Source: a virus
Length of the DNA: 41,961 nucleotides
Strand: one strand, 5' to 3'
Virus record (IMG/VR): IMGVR_UViG_3300045988_132610
Shown: positions 24,718 to 33,375 of the stretch, in pieces
Layout of the letters: each line of letters starts with the position of its first letter
Position numbering within the stretch: the stretch's first letter is position 1
Translations under genes and position numbers: made by a program
Notes under the pieces: generated by a model
Seen by the model: only the letters and a program-made list of their open reading frames with translations
Told to the model about the DNA's origin: nothing
Databases searched by the model: none

Positions 24718-27015
24718 GATTTCGAGATGGTTTTCGTCTTCCAATTCGCTCGCCTCCTCCCTGCTCATCCGGTCCACGAAAGCGTCCGATTTCGGGTCGT
24801 CCATCTGCCGGTATGGTCTGACGCTGGCGTAGATGTTCCGGTTGTTTCGTCCGGAGCGGTTGCTGATCCATCCGCCCTCGAGCAGCCGGTTGATGGCGGT
24901 GAGCACGGTGGTCTTCCGGGCGCTTGACCCGTCGTCCTTCAATAGTTCGATGATCTCGGTCTGGTTCGGCTCCTCGGGCGCGTTCTCGACGATCCGGCTG
25001 ATCTTCTCCATGAGCCCGCTGGGTCGTTCGAGGCCGCGCTGTCGCGTGGTTTCATCGCTGGGCATCATGTTGGGGCGTGCGATGGTGACGCGCATGAGTT
25101 TCGGATCCGTGCTGTTGATTTCGATGCGTGCGGCTTCGCGCAGGTGGCTGCCGTTGCTGCTCCAGCTGACGGCGCAATGCTCCTCGATCTCGCTGATGCG
25201 GTCCTTGCCTGATTTGATGACGATGGTGCCGCGCACGCCCTTGCCGACTGGTTTGGTCATGTCCACCGAGTAGCTGATGCCGTCGATGAGTGCGAGTTTC
25301 TGCATGCTGCCGCCGGCGTAGCGGCCCCGGTTGTCCTTGCTTTTGACGACGTGGTCGATGAGCACGACTGCTGGCCCACAGGCGCTGATGAGTCGTGGCA
25401 TGGTGTTGTACCAGGCGGCGATGTCGTCACCGCTGTTGCTGTCGAGGCCGGCGTAGGCGAGGCAGCTGGTGACGCCGTCGATGATGGCCAGCGTGGCCGT
25501 GTCCGCGTAGTCGAGGGTTTCCTTCCAGCCGTCGAGGCTGGTGGGGCTGCTCGGCTTGGCGCTGGGCCGCACGTAGTGTAAATGCTGCACGATCTGTTCG
25601 CCGGTCACGCCGAGCAGCAGGAGACGCTTGACGACGTTTCTGGCGGAATCCTCATAGTCGATATAGATCACGTCATGTCCCTGTTTGAGTTCCTGGGCGG
25701 TGGCGATCTGGGCGAGCATGCTTTTGCCGCAGCCGGGTTCGCCGTGCAGGTCGTTGACCGCGCCCCTATAGAAGAGGCCTTGGCCGTCCTCTCGTTGGAA
25801 CACGGTGGGCGTGGGCGGCAGTTCAATGCCGGAAGCGAGCTGGGTGAGGTCTTCGAACTGCCAGCTGGAGGAGGCGTTTTTACTTGCCTCGTGACTTTCC
25901 ATTGAACCGTTTTGAACCGATGCGACGGGTGTTGAACCGGCTTGAACCGGCATTGTTCCAGTGTTTTGAACTGCTTCCGGGTGACTTTCCTCCATTTGAC
26001 TCGCAGCCGCGTTTTGGGTGAGTTCGTCGAACTCGCCGGGCGTCATGCGTTCGATTTTCGACTGCTCGCACGGATCCACATGCGATTGCACGCCGTTGAC
26101 CTTCTCCATCGCGCCACTGAGAATGCTGGCCCATTCGCGTGCCGCCTCACGCTCCTTGCCTTGACGGTCGGGGGCCACCTCGGCGATGAACCGTGGCTTC
26201 AATTGGTTGATGGCGTCGAGAGCCCCCCGGTGTCCCTCCTGCGCGAAGTTCACCAACGCCCAGACGGCCTGCAGCGTGGTGTCATGCCTTGAGCCTTTGG
26301 AAGCGGGGTTGGCGAGCGTCTTGTTGAGGAACGTGTTGACGGCCTTGCACATGCGGTCGTCGTATTCCCTCGGATTCGAGGGGGTTAAAGTGTTCGAATT
26401 CGAACACTTTAATTCCTTCGGGTTCGACATATTGTCGGGCTTGCGCAGATAGTCCACCCACTTCCATGGCAGTGTCGCCAGATCCGAGATGTGGGGGAGT
26501 GTGCTGGCGAATGCGCCGCTTGGCGTGTACCAGCAGTACATTTCGCCGCTCGGGTGGATCGACGGCCAGACCACGGAATACCGGTGGCCGGGCTGCAGGA
26601 TGTCGACCCCCTCGATGGCGCCGCCCTTCCACGCCAATCCCTCGGGCACCTTGTAGAACAGGTGGCGTGCCGGCGAGTCGATGCCGTGCGCCGTGCTGCT
26701 CCACGTGGCCGGAAGCATGCCCAGTTCCTGAGAGAGTTCGCTGATGCCTTTCGCCCCGTCCGCCTTGACCTGATGGCCCTGCGCCGCGTCGATGTCCAAT
26801 ACGAGCACGCCTTCGGGGATGACGATGCCCGTGTTCGCGTTCGGGTTGGCTTGGCTCCACAACTGTATTTGTTCGTCGGTGACGGGCTTGCGGCTGCGCC
26901 CCGTGAACCCCGCCGGCGGCGGGGTCTTGCGTCCCTCGGGCAGGGGGATGACCTGCATCCATCCAGCAGCACGGTACATGGGTGCGGCTGCCGTGTATCC
27001 GTAGATGTCGGTCAT
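24715..27015 (-). CDS. bifunctional primase-polymerase / P-loop replicative helicase-like protein
   Basis: ORF track gives 24715..27072; ATG 27015 follows AAAGGAG. The N-terminus (YRAAGWMQVIPLPEGRKTPPPAGFTG) is prim-pol-like. It has Walker A (GEPGCGKSMLAQ) and Walker B-like (VVLIDHV) motifs and a C-terminal winged-helix-like segment. Confidence 0.8.
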   Translation of the reverse strand: MTDIYGYTAAAPMYRAAGWMQVIPLPEGRKTPPPAGFTGRSRKPVTDEQIQLWSQANPNANTGIVIPEGVLVLDIDAAQGHQVKADGAKGISELSQELGMLPATWSSTAHGIDSPARHLFYKVPEGLAWKGGAIEGVDILQPGHRYSVVWPSIHPSGEMYCWYTPSGAFASTLPHISDLATLPWKWVDYLRKPDNMSNPKELKCSNSNTLTPSNPREYDDRMCKAVNTFLNKTLANPASKGSRHDTTLQAVWALVNFAQEGHRGALDAINQLKPRFIAEVAPDRQGKEREAAREWASILSGAMEKVNGVQSHVDPCEQSKIERMTPGEFDELTQNAAASQMEESHPEAVQNTGTMPVQAGSTPVASVQNGSMESHEASKNASSSWQFEDLTQLASGIELPPTPTVFQREDGQGLFYRGAVNDLHGEPGCGKSMLAQIATAQELKQGHDVIYIDYEDSARNVVKRLLLLGVTGEQIVQHLHYVRPSAKPSSPTSLDGWKETLDYADTATLAIIDGVTSCLAYAGLDSNSGDDIAAWYNTMPRLISACGPAVVLIDHVVKSKDNRGRYAGGSMQKLALIDGISYSVDMTKPVGKGVRGTIVIKSGKDRISEIEEHCAVSWSSNGSHLREAARIEINSTDPKLMRVTIARPNMMPSDETTRQRGLERPSGLMEKISRIVENAPEEPNQTEIIELLKDDGSSARKTTVLTAINRLLEGGWISNRSGRNNRNIYASVRPYRQMDDPKSDAFVDRMSREEASELEDENHLEI

Positions 27016-27116
27016 TCCTGGAACTCCTTTGACGTGATGTGAATATGTGTGGTGCCGTGCACGCCTTTGCATTCGTGCGGGCCGCTTGGATACGGCTACG
27101 GCGGTCGGGACTGGTA

Positions 27117-27293
27117 TCAGTCCTTGTCGGAATCCTTGCTCTTGTTCCAGCCCAGGAGCACGAGCCTCACGCTCATGAGCTGGAGGCTTTCCGAATCGAC
27201 GTCACGGAAACCGACCTGATCGGAGGCAAGGGAATCCATGTCCTTCACCAGTTCGATCCACTGGTTCTGCAGGTGTTTCAGCAGCTCGTCCAC
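27117..27293 (-). CDS. 58-aa acidic hypothetical protein
   Basis: GTG 27293 overlaps the TAG of the upstream gene by 1 nt. Hand translation: MDELLKHLQNQWIELVKDMDSLASDQVGFRDVDSESLQLMSVRLVLLGWNKSKDSDKD. Preferred over the antisense track ORF 27039..27296. Confidence 0.45.
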   Translation of the reverse strand: MDELLKHLQNQWIELVKDMDSLASDQVGFRDVDSESLQLMSVRLVLLGWNKSKDSDKD

Positions 27294-28195
27294 TAGAACT
27301 CACCTGTTTCCGGCATCTGTTCGGAACCCCCGTGGTATTGGGGTTGCGCCTGGTCGGTGACGGCGGTGACCGCTTCGACGGGCACGCCCAACAATGCGGC
27401 GATCTCCTGCGGGCTTTTGCCCACGGCCTTCAACTGGTTGACCTTCATCGGATCAGCCTGCTGCTGTGGCTGGCCGAGCTGTACCGGCTGGGCGGGCTGC
27501 TGCGGCTGCTGCTGCGTCGGCGGGTTCCATGGGTCGACCGGAGGCTGCTGATACCCCTGATTCGGGGTCTGCGTGGGCTGCTGGGGAGCGTACTGCTGCT
27601 GCGGGTAGTCTTGCTGGGGTTGCTGCATGACAGGCTGCTGTGGAGCCTGCTGGACGGGCTGCTGGGGTTGGCTTCCGTTGACGAGACTGTTGACGCTGGA
27701 CGCGGGTTCGATGTGGAATTCGAACACCTTCGGCGGTTGGGGCGCGTCGCCCCGCTGGCCGAGACCCACGAACCGTTCCGTGATGGTGTCGCCCGGCTTC
27801 GGAATCTTCACGCCCGCCTGACGGCAGGCATCGCGAAACGCCTTGAGCTGGATGCCCCAGCCTTTAATCCATAGCGAGCGGCGGCCGTCATCGTCGTCTA
27901 CGCTCGGGTCGCGCAACTGGGTTTGGATGATGACGTGGATCTGCTCTTTCGGACGCCCGTCGTTCCAAAAGGCGGGCTGCTTGGTCTGGAAGTCGTTGAC
28001 CTGCGTGGTCTCGATTTTCTCGATGACGCCGGTCACCGTGTCCCCCGGCTGGCTGTTCGCGCCGAAGTACGCTTTGGCGCTGTTGCCGGCGAGCAGGTCG
28101 CCGAGCGAACTCAACTGGGCGGGCTGACGCTGCTGCGGCTGATAGCCGTACCCCTGCTGGGGGTAACCATACTGTTGCTGTGGCTGTCCGAACAT
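27293..28195 (-). CDS. Q/P-rich protein with an SSB-like acidic-aromatic C-terminal tip (possible ssDNA-binding/recombination protein)
   Basis: 300 aa. It has Gln/Pro/Tyr-rich flanks (MFGQPQQQYGYPQQGYGYQPQQ...; QPQQPVQQAPQQPVMQQPQQDYPQQQYAPQQP), a globular middle, and the end ...SEQMPETGEF. Confidence 0.5.
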   Translation of the reverse strand: MFGQPQQQYGYPQQGYGYQPQQRQPAQLSSLGDLLAGNSAKAYFGANSQPGDTVTGVIEKIETTQVNDFQTKQPAFWNDGRPKEQIHVIIQTQLRDPSVDDDDGRRSLWIKGWGIQLKAFRDACRQAGVKIPKPGDTITERFVGLGQRGDAPQPPKVFEFHIEPASSVNSLVNGSQPQQPVQQAPQQPVMQQPQQDYPQQQYAPQQPTQTPNQGYQQPPVDPWNPPTQQQPQQPAQPVQLGQPQQQADPMKVNQLKAVGKSPQEIAALLGVPVEAVTAVTDQAQPQYHGGSEQMPETGEF

Positions 28196-28211
28196 GATTG
28201 TTTTCCTTTCG

Positions 28212-29222
28212 TTATTCGGTGAACTGGTATTCGGATTCGATTAGGGGGATGAGTCGGAGCCACTTGTCGGGCACGTCCGGCCATGGCTTTTCGTCGAATT
28301 CGGGGAGCGCGCTCATGTCGGGCCAGACCCGGCCCTTGCAGGAGAAGCACTTGTCGGGTCCGGCCGCCGGCAACTGTTTGATCCAACTGTCGCGCACGTC
28401 GGGGCCCTCCGCCTGCTCCACGCAATCCATGAGATTGACGAGCAGTTGGGCGCGGCTCAACGCCCATTTGCCGGGCTCCGGATCAAACCTCGTCTCCCAG
28501 GGCAAAGCATCACCCAGACTGGTCTTGTTGCGAGGCAGGAAATAGATGCAATTGCGCTCCACCCGCTCGCCCTCGTTCTGCAGTCCCATGCCGTAGAGCG
28601 ACGCCTGCACCCGATATTGCTGGCTGGGGCCGTGCGCCTTGACCTTCGTGACCGTGGTGTTGCCGACGATCTTCCAATCGATGGTGCTATGGGTTTTGCG
28701 ATCCCAGAGGTCAATCGAACCGGTGACGTCGTAGCCGCCGTGCAGGCCCTGCAACCGGCCTACGGTGACCCGGTACTCCGAGCGCCACCGTTCCACGAGC
28801 TCGGTCACGTTGTCCTCGCTCGTGTAGGGGAATTGGAACGCCGGCTCCCCGTTCAGGTCATGGAACATGGTTTCGAAATGCGCGTGGACGCACGTGCCGA
28901 TGAACGGCAGCCAGCCCGGGGAGCGACGCTCCGGCCAGCCCGCCAGTTTCGCGGCGAGGCAGTGCACGCAGTCCGTTCCCAGTTCGGATGGGCCTATCTC
29001 ACGCTGCAGCTCACGCGGAGCGTTCTGGATATCCGCTTCGATGAGCTGGCGGATCTCCGGCCACAATCGTGGTTCCTCCATCGTGTCCGTCTTGGTTTTC
29101 GGCGTTGCCGGCGGCTTGCCCATATCGGGTGCCGACTGGGTCATGGGCGGTGTGTCCACTGGTATCGCATCACCCTGCTGTTGGGCTTGTGCGACGGCGA
29201 GAATGGCGTCATTCATGCTCAT
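28212..29222 (-). CDS. PD-(D/E)XK (RecB/Cas4-like) exonuclease
   Basis: 336 aa with SIDLWDRKTHSTIDWKIVG (D...D-x-K), QASLYGMGL (QxxxY) and Cys residues at both ends (DCVHC ... CFSC). Confidence 0.7.
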   Translation of the reverse strand: MSMNDAILAVAQAQQQGDAIPVDTPPMTQSAPDMGKPPATPKTKTDTMEEPRLWPEIRQLIEADIQNAPRELQREIGPSELGTDCVHCLAAKLAGWPERRSPGWLPFIGTCVHAHFETMFHDLNGEPAFQFPYTSEDNVTELVERWRSEYRVTVGRLQGLHGGYDVTGSIDLWDRKTHSTIDWKIVGNTTVTKVKAHGPSQQYRVQASLYGMGLQNEGERVERNCIYFLPRNKTSLGDALPWETRFDPEPGKWALSRAQLLVNLMDCVEQAEGPDVRDSWIKQLPAAGPDKCFSCKGRVWPDMSALPEFDEKPWPDVPDKWLRLIPLIESEYQFTE

Positions 29223-29607
29223 GGTTCTTCACCTCCTTCAAAAACTCGTTGATCTGTTTCTTGATGTCCGTGAGTGCGGTCTGGCTGAGCCGTGTGATGG
29301 CCACCGCCTCGTCCGAATTGTCGAAGCGCAGCGTGTAGGTCCCGTCATCCGCCGTCGTGATGGTTGGCGGCGTATGCCCGCAGAGCATCGAATGCACGGG
29401 AAAACCGGTCTTACCCTGCGCCTCCAGTTCGCGTATGGCCTTGTGGATGCGTCTGGCGACGGTGAGGCCCAGCTCGTCGAGCTGCTCGGAGCGGATGACG
29501 TACAGGTCGTCGGTCAGCTCGTTGCCGTTCTCGTCGTGCAGGTCGTAGTCGGCGATGGCGCTTTCCACGATCTGGGCGATGCCCAGGCTGGACAGTTCCG
29601 CGCTCAT
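29209..29607 (-). CDS. hypothetical protein
   Basis: 132-aa ORF packed within the operon. Confidence 0.55.
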   Translation of the reverse strand: MSAELSSLGIAQIVESAIADYDLHDENGNELTDDLYVIRSEQLDELGLTVARRIHKAIRELEAQGKTGFPVHSMLCGHTPPTITTADDGTYTLRFDNSDEAVAITRLSQTALTDIKKQINEFLKEVKNHEHE

Positions 29608-29987
29608 GAGACCACCACCGTGGGCTTGCCGCTCATCGCGTAATCGGCCACCGCGTCCGCCGTCAGCAGCTTCTCCAACTGGCTGAGCGGGCGCGGCCGC
29701 AACTGGTAGGCTCCGGGATACTTGGTGGCCGGGTAGGCTTTTTCGAACGTGCCGGCGTTGATGCGGCGCGCGCCCGGCTTGACCTGCACTTTCAGGTTGC
29801 CGGCCTGGTAGGTGCCGACCGGATGCGAGTCGAGAATCAGGGATTTGAGATTGTCGATTTCCTCCTGTCGGCTGGCGATCTCGGCCTGCAGTTCGACGAT
29901 GCGCGCCGCCTGCGCGGCGAACAATCCTTGGCGCAATTCCCCGTCCGGGTTCACGGCCTCTGTGTTTTCAATGGTTGATGGAGTCAT
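29604..29987 (-). CDS. hypothetical protein with a coiled-coil N-terminus
   Basis: 127-aa ORF with a 4-nt overlap on the downstream gene. Confidence 0.55.
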   Translation of the reverse strand: MTPSTIENTEAVNPDGELRQGLFAAQAARIVELQAEIASRQEEIDNLKSLILDSHPVGTYQAGNLKVQVKPGARRINAGTFEKAYPATKYPGAYQLRPRPLSQLEKLLTADAVADYAMSGKPTVVVS

Positions 29988-30159
29988 TTGATGTGCCTTT
30001 CACGATGATTTGGGCGTAGGTGGGATACCACGCCGTCTGATGTTTGGTCTGGTTCGTGTGCCGGTTGCAGCAGGTGACCGCCTCGTCCAGGCCGGTGGGC
30101 TTGCCGAGCGGCCCGCATGTCCTGCAACGCGGCATCCAGAGACGCCGGTCAGGCATCAT
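29968..30159 (-). CDS. small Cys-rich hypothetical protein
   Basis: ATG 30159 forms an ATGA overlap with the RusA stop. Sequence: MMPDRRLWMPRCRTCGPLGKPTGLDEAVTCCNRH... Confidence 0.45.
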   Translation of the reverse strand: MMPDRRLWMPRCRTCGPLGKPTGLDEAVTCCNRHTNQTKHQTAWYPTYAQIIVKGTSNDSINH

Positions 30160-30632
30160 GCTTGTCCTTGCTTGTTCGGCTCCCATTCGGGGAGCGGCTT
30201 GATTCGGATATAGAGATGTGGCTCGTACTCATGCCCGCAACACGTGTACGGATCACCGCTCTTGCGTTTCCGGTATTTGCCTTTGGCTCCGTACACCCAC
30301 AGGTCGGGCATGCGCTTGGTGGCGTGGGATTCGACGACCTGCGCGTCATCCACGTAGGCGACGCCGTTCAACGAGTCCAAAACCAGCTTCAAAAGGTTGT
30401 CGAGATCCGGGCGGCCGCGATGGCTCATCCAGAATTCGGCCTCCAACCTGACCGGGCACTGGTATGGTTTCGCCTGCGGGTATTTCAACCGGAATTCGGC
30501 GAACAGGCGTTCCTCCGCCCTGACGGTGCGTTTCGGTGTCATCGCGTGCCCGTTGTAGACGCGGGGACGCCCCTTCGGCACCGGGTCGCCCGGCAAGCAG
30601 AGCGTGAACTCACTTGGCTGTTCCATCGCCAC
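30156..30632 (-). CDS. rusA: RusA-family Holliday junction resolvase
   Basis: 158 aa with LPGDPVPKGRPRV ... RPDLDNLLKLVLDSLNGVAYVDDAQV, the characteristic RusA motifs. Confidence 0.8.
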   Translation of the reverse strand: MAMEQPSEFTLCLPGDPVPKGRPRVYNGHAMTPKRTVRAEERLFAEFRLKYPQAKPYQCPVRLEAEFWMSHRGRPDLDNLLKLVLDSLNGVAYVDDAQVVESHATKRMPDLWVYGAKGKYRKRKSGDPYTCCGHEYEPHLYIRIKPLPEWEPNKQGQA

Positions 30633-30873
30633 CCCACTTCAACAGGATTCCCACGAACACGAGCGGCAATACGACCGCCAATGCGAGCGAGCCGGTTATC
30701 ATCCACTGCGGCGTACCCACCGGACTTGGGATGCGACTATGCGTGCCGGCGAAACCGACCAGCCAACCCTCGAAGAACGTGAGAGCCAGTAATACGGCCG
30801 ATTTCTGCCCGTCCGTTAACCTCGGCCGGGGTCGGCGCATACGCTTCTTTTTGCGCAATGCTTCGATGCTCAT
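30610..30873 (-). CDS. two-helix membrane protein
   Basis: 87 aa with a basic N-terminus followed by two hydrophobic segments. Confidence 0.5.
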   Translation of the reverse strand: MSIEALRKKKRMRRPRPRLTDGQKSAVLLALTFFEGWLVGFAGTHSRIPSPVGTPQWMITGSLALAVVLPLVFVGILLKWGGDGTAK

Positions 30874-31268
30874 TCCGCAACCTCCTTGCGCTTGCGTTGG
30901 ATGGCACGCAGCAGGGTCAGCGACTGGCTGAGGATCATCGACGCCTCGAACGCCAACGGGTTCTCACCCAGCTCGAACAGCGCGTGTTCGAGAGAGCCGG
31001 CCGCGTCATGCACGTCACTGGCCACATCGACGGCGTGCTGCCACTGATCGACCGGATGGAACAATCTTTCCTCCACGGTGTCCTTGTCCGGATCGCACAC
31101 CGGACAATCGCACTTGCCGGTTTCCGGCTGGCGCGTCTCCTCGTCCAACTCCTTCTCCAACTCAGCCTCTCCTCCCTCAAGCAGCTGCTCCATGAGCTCC
31201 TTGAATGACATTCCCTTCGGGACCTCGACGCCGATGGCGTGGATTCCGGTAATCTTGTGTCCTGACAT
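30870..31268 (-). CDS. hypothetical acidic protein
   Basis: ATG 31268 (MSGHKITGIHAIG...) follows AAAGGAAAA, inside ORF 30870..31340. Confidence 0.55.
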   Translation of the reverse strand: MSGHKITGIHAIGVEVPKGMSFKELMEQLLEGGEAELEKELDEETRQPETGKCDCPVCDPDKDTVEERLFHPVDQWQHAVDVASDVHDAAGSLEHALFELGENPLAFEASMILSQSLTLLRAIQRKRKEVAE

Positions 31269-31377
31269 CACTTGTTTTCCTTTCAATGTGATTGGTGATG
31301 TTGGTGCCGGCGTGAACCTTGGACAGTGCGACGCCGGCACCTCTTCCTTTTCTCCCGGTTTTGAATCCGGGAAACCC

Positions 31378-31623
31378 TTATTCGCCGTAGACCAGCTCCC
31401 TGCGGCTTATCGCGCACCGCCGGTCCCGGTAGTCGATGACCTCCTGTGGATTCCAAACGAGCCTGCGGCCTACGCGTTTCGGCGCGGGCGGATACCGGCC
31501 TCCCCACTTGTCGTGGCACGACCACACGTAGAGACTGCCCTTCGAGACACCGAGGAAGCTCGCCACCTTGGCGATCGACCAGCCGTCAAGAGACGATTCG
31601 ATTTGATGACTACCGGCCATCAC
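31378..31623 (-). CDS. excisionase-family helix-turn-helix protein
   Basis: 81 aa with WSIAKVASFLGVSKGSLYVWSCHDKWGGRYPPAPKRVGRRLVWNPQEVIDY, an HTH_17-like pattern. Confidence 0.65.
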   Translation of the reverse strand: MMAGSHQIESSLDGWSIAKVASFLGVSKGSLYVWSCHDKWGGRYPPAPKRVGRRLVWNPQEVIDYRDRRCAISRRELVYGE

Positions 31624-32387
31624 GCACCCGCTTCCAGGTCAAGGGGAGTGCAGCCCAGATACTTCTGGATGAGGTACTGCTGGCCCTTGGGCGTGACCTT
31701 CGTCGTGAAGTTCAACGACACATGACCATCCGAATGGGCAATCGATGTTTCCTTGACCTCGAACAACCCCAGTTCCATGCTCTTCTGCGTCGGCATGTTC
31801 GGATTCCCGTTGCGCTTCATCAGGAAACCGTCCTCACGTAATTGTTTGAACAACCGGTTCTGGCCGGTCTTCACGCCGTTCTGTTTGAGGATCTTCGCCA
31901 ATTCGCCGATCAGAATGCTCCTCTTGCTCGTGGCCACCGCGTCCGCGAACAACACCTTCGGCTTCTGCTCGTCCAACTGCTTCCGTTGTTCTTCGATGGT
32001 CTTCTGCGCGATGAGCACCGCGCGCGCCATCGTCTCCTCCGGGGTCTCGCCCTGGGGAATGTAACCGCCGGTACGACGGATCTGGGGCACTACCTCGTCG
32101 AACAGCCAATGCTCGAACTCGACCGCGCTGGTGAGCTTGCTGCTGGCGATGAGGCGGTACACGTCGCCTTCGGTGATGAATACCATCTGCTGGATTCCAC
32201 CGGCCGTCTCAAGGGGGTAGCGATTCGCGACACCCTTGCAATGCTTTGCGATTGCGTCACGGGTGTTGCTGTATCCGAGTGCGGTGGCGACGTGCTTCGC
32301 GCAGAACAGCACCGTCCCGTTCTCCGCGGTCACCGTGGCGACCGGGTTGCCCCGAAACTCGAAGGGCTGTACATTGGATTCAGTCAT
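31620..32387 (-). CDS. BRO-N / antirepressor (Ant-like) protein
   Basis: 255 aa. The N-terminus (FEFRGNPVATVTAENGTVLFCAKHVATALGYSNTRDAI) is BRO-N-like, and the C-terminal half resembles phage antirepressor C-domains. Confidence 0.75.
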   Translation of the reverse strand: MTESNVQPFEFRGNPVATVTAENGTVLFCAKHVATALGYSNTRDAIAKHCKGVANRYPLETAGGIQQMVFITEGDVYRLIASSKLTSAVEFEHWLFDEVVPQIRRTGGYIPQGETPEETMARAVLIAQKTIEEQRKQLDEQKPKVLFADAVATSKRSILIGELAKILKQNGVKTGQNRLFKQLREDGFLMKRNGNPNMPTQKSMELGLFEVKETSIAHSDGHVSLNFTTKVTPKGQQYLIQKYLGCTPLDLEAGA

Positions 32388-32459
32388 TTTGGACCTTCTT
32401 TCAATCTGACATTCGCCGCCGCTCCAATCGGCGGCATTTTTGTGGCTAGAATCTGAGCC

Positions 32460-32792
32460 ATGTGGAAATGGCTGGCGGACAACTGGATGGGATTGACGGC
32501 GTTGCTACTGTCCCTCGACGCGGAACGACGCCTGTACCTCTCGACCGATTGGGGAGTAGAGAAGACGGATGGGGACGGGTGGATACTGCGCAACAACGGG
32601 TGGCTCACCGAACGAGACATTCGAGTGACGCCGACTGGCGGCGCTATCGTCGAATACCGTGGAGCCTCCAAGCTCAAGCGCCATGAGTCCGGCACCGTCA
32701 TCGTCGCGATGGTCGAGACCTCGAAATCGAGAGACATCCGCGTATCCTCGCGAAGAATCCTGTTCCGGCATTCCCGGATCCTGTCCCTATAG
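32460..32792 (+). CDS. reverse-oriented, probably leaderless hypothetical gene inside the early operon (moron-like)
   Basis: 110 aa, MWKWLADNWMGLTALLLSLDAERRLYLSTDWGVEKTDGDGWILRNNGWLTERDIRVTPTGGAIVEYRG..., with G/C-rich third codon positions. TAGAAT at 32447..32452 lies 7 nt before the ATG and there is no RBS. It is preceded by a GC hairpin plus T5 at 32415..32441. Confidence 0.55.
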   Translation: MWKWLADNWMGLTALLLSLDAERRLYLSTDWGVEKTDGDGWILRNNGWLTERDIRVTPTGGAIVEYRGASKLKRHESGTVIVAMVETSKSRDIRVSSRRILFRHSRILSL

Positions 32793-33027
32793 ACCCCGGC
32801 CCGACATCCACGGGCTCGAGCCCACGGAGACAGAAATCGATGTCTTCCTTGTCGCAGACGACGAGTCCCGTGTATTCGACCCAGCATTTGCCGTCATCAA
32901 ACACGCGAACCGTCATCGGGTGGCCGTCCAACCATCTGACACGATCCATGTCGATGCTGAGAATACGAATCAGCGCACGGGCCCTCTCACGTTCCGCGCC
33001 GCCAAGCCGGTAGGTCCTAACCATCAC
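32698..33027 (-). CDS. hypothetical early protein
   Basis: 109 aa with a 4-nt overlap on the cro-like gene. Its 3-prime 95 nt overlap the convergent plus-strand gene. Confidence 0.5.
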   Translation of the reverse strand: MMVRTYRLGGAERERARALIRILSIDMDRVRWLDGHPMTVRVFDDGKCWVEYTGLVVCDKEDIDFCLRGLEPVDVGPGSIGTGSGNAGTGFFARIRGCLSISRSRPSRR

Positions 33028-33293
33028 TCCACCGCCTTCGCGTTGTGCATTTCGGCTGCGAATCGTGCCGAGTTGATGATGTCGGCGGCGGTGATGCCGA
33101 GGGCTGTGGCAATGGCGTCGAGGTCATCAGTGGAAAAGGCTTTGAGGAATAGGAAGCGGTCGTAGAAGAATTTGCGGTCGCGCCCAGTTCGGCGGGCTAG
33201 TTCTGGGGTGGACACGCCCGAGCGCGCCGCCTCGGCCTTTACTGCCCTAATCAGTTCTATTGATGTTGCGGAGAGCTGTGTGTTTGTTTGCAT
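33024..33293 (-). CDS. Cro-like XRE-family HTH regulator
   Basis: 89 aa, divergent from the repressor gene, with the HTH segment SGVSTPELARRTGRDRKFFYDRF. Confidence 0.7.
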   Translation of the reverse strand: MQTNTQLSATSIELIRAVKAEAARSGVSTPELARRTGRDRKFFYDRFLFLKAFSTDDLDAIATALGITAADIINSARFAAEMHNAKAVE

Positions 33294-33300
33294 GTTTTAT

Positions 33301-33375
33301 AAAGTACCGTATCCGGTACGTACTGTCAACCCAAAACGGTACGAATTTTGCAAACGTACCGGAAAACGGTACAAT
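33301..33375. promoter_or_regulatory. genetic switch: divergent promoters and GTAC-type operators
   Basis: Operators: GTACCG TATC CGGTAC at 33304..33319, CGGTACG n11 CGTACCG at 33337..33361, and a half-site CGGTAC at 33367..33372. On the minus strand, TTGACA (33329..33324), 17 nt, TACTTT (33306..33301), then 7 nt to the cro ATG. On the plus strand, TTTGCA (33347..33352), 17 nt, TACAAT (33370..33375), then 7 nt to the repressor ATG. Confidence 0.65.

Noticed and set aside
27039-27296. 85-aa plus-strand ORF between the primase and Q/P-rich genes
   Set aside because: A 58-codon minus-strand ORF (27117..27293) fits the operon direction, starts by overlapping the upstream stop and gives a cleaner acidic helical protein. 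The plus-strand ORF would be antisense with no promoter signals.
31269-31377. Hairpins GGTGCCGGCG n19 CGCCGGCACC and CCCGG n8 CCGGG as terminators inside the early operon
   Set aside because: They are real inverted repeats, but no T-run follows either on the minus strand, and the genes on both sides look co-transcribed. Not reported as a feature.
32384-32887. 167-aa minus-strand ORF bridging the gap between 32698..33027 and the antirepressor gene
   Set aside because: The translation is Ser/Arg/Pro-rich, whereas the opposite-strand ORF 32460..32792 reads like a real protein with its own -10 element. It is kept as an open alternative in the finding on that locus.
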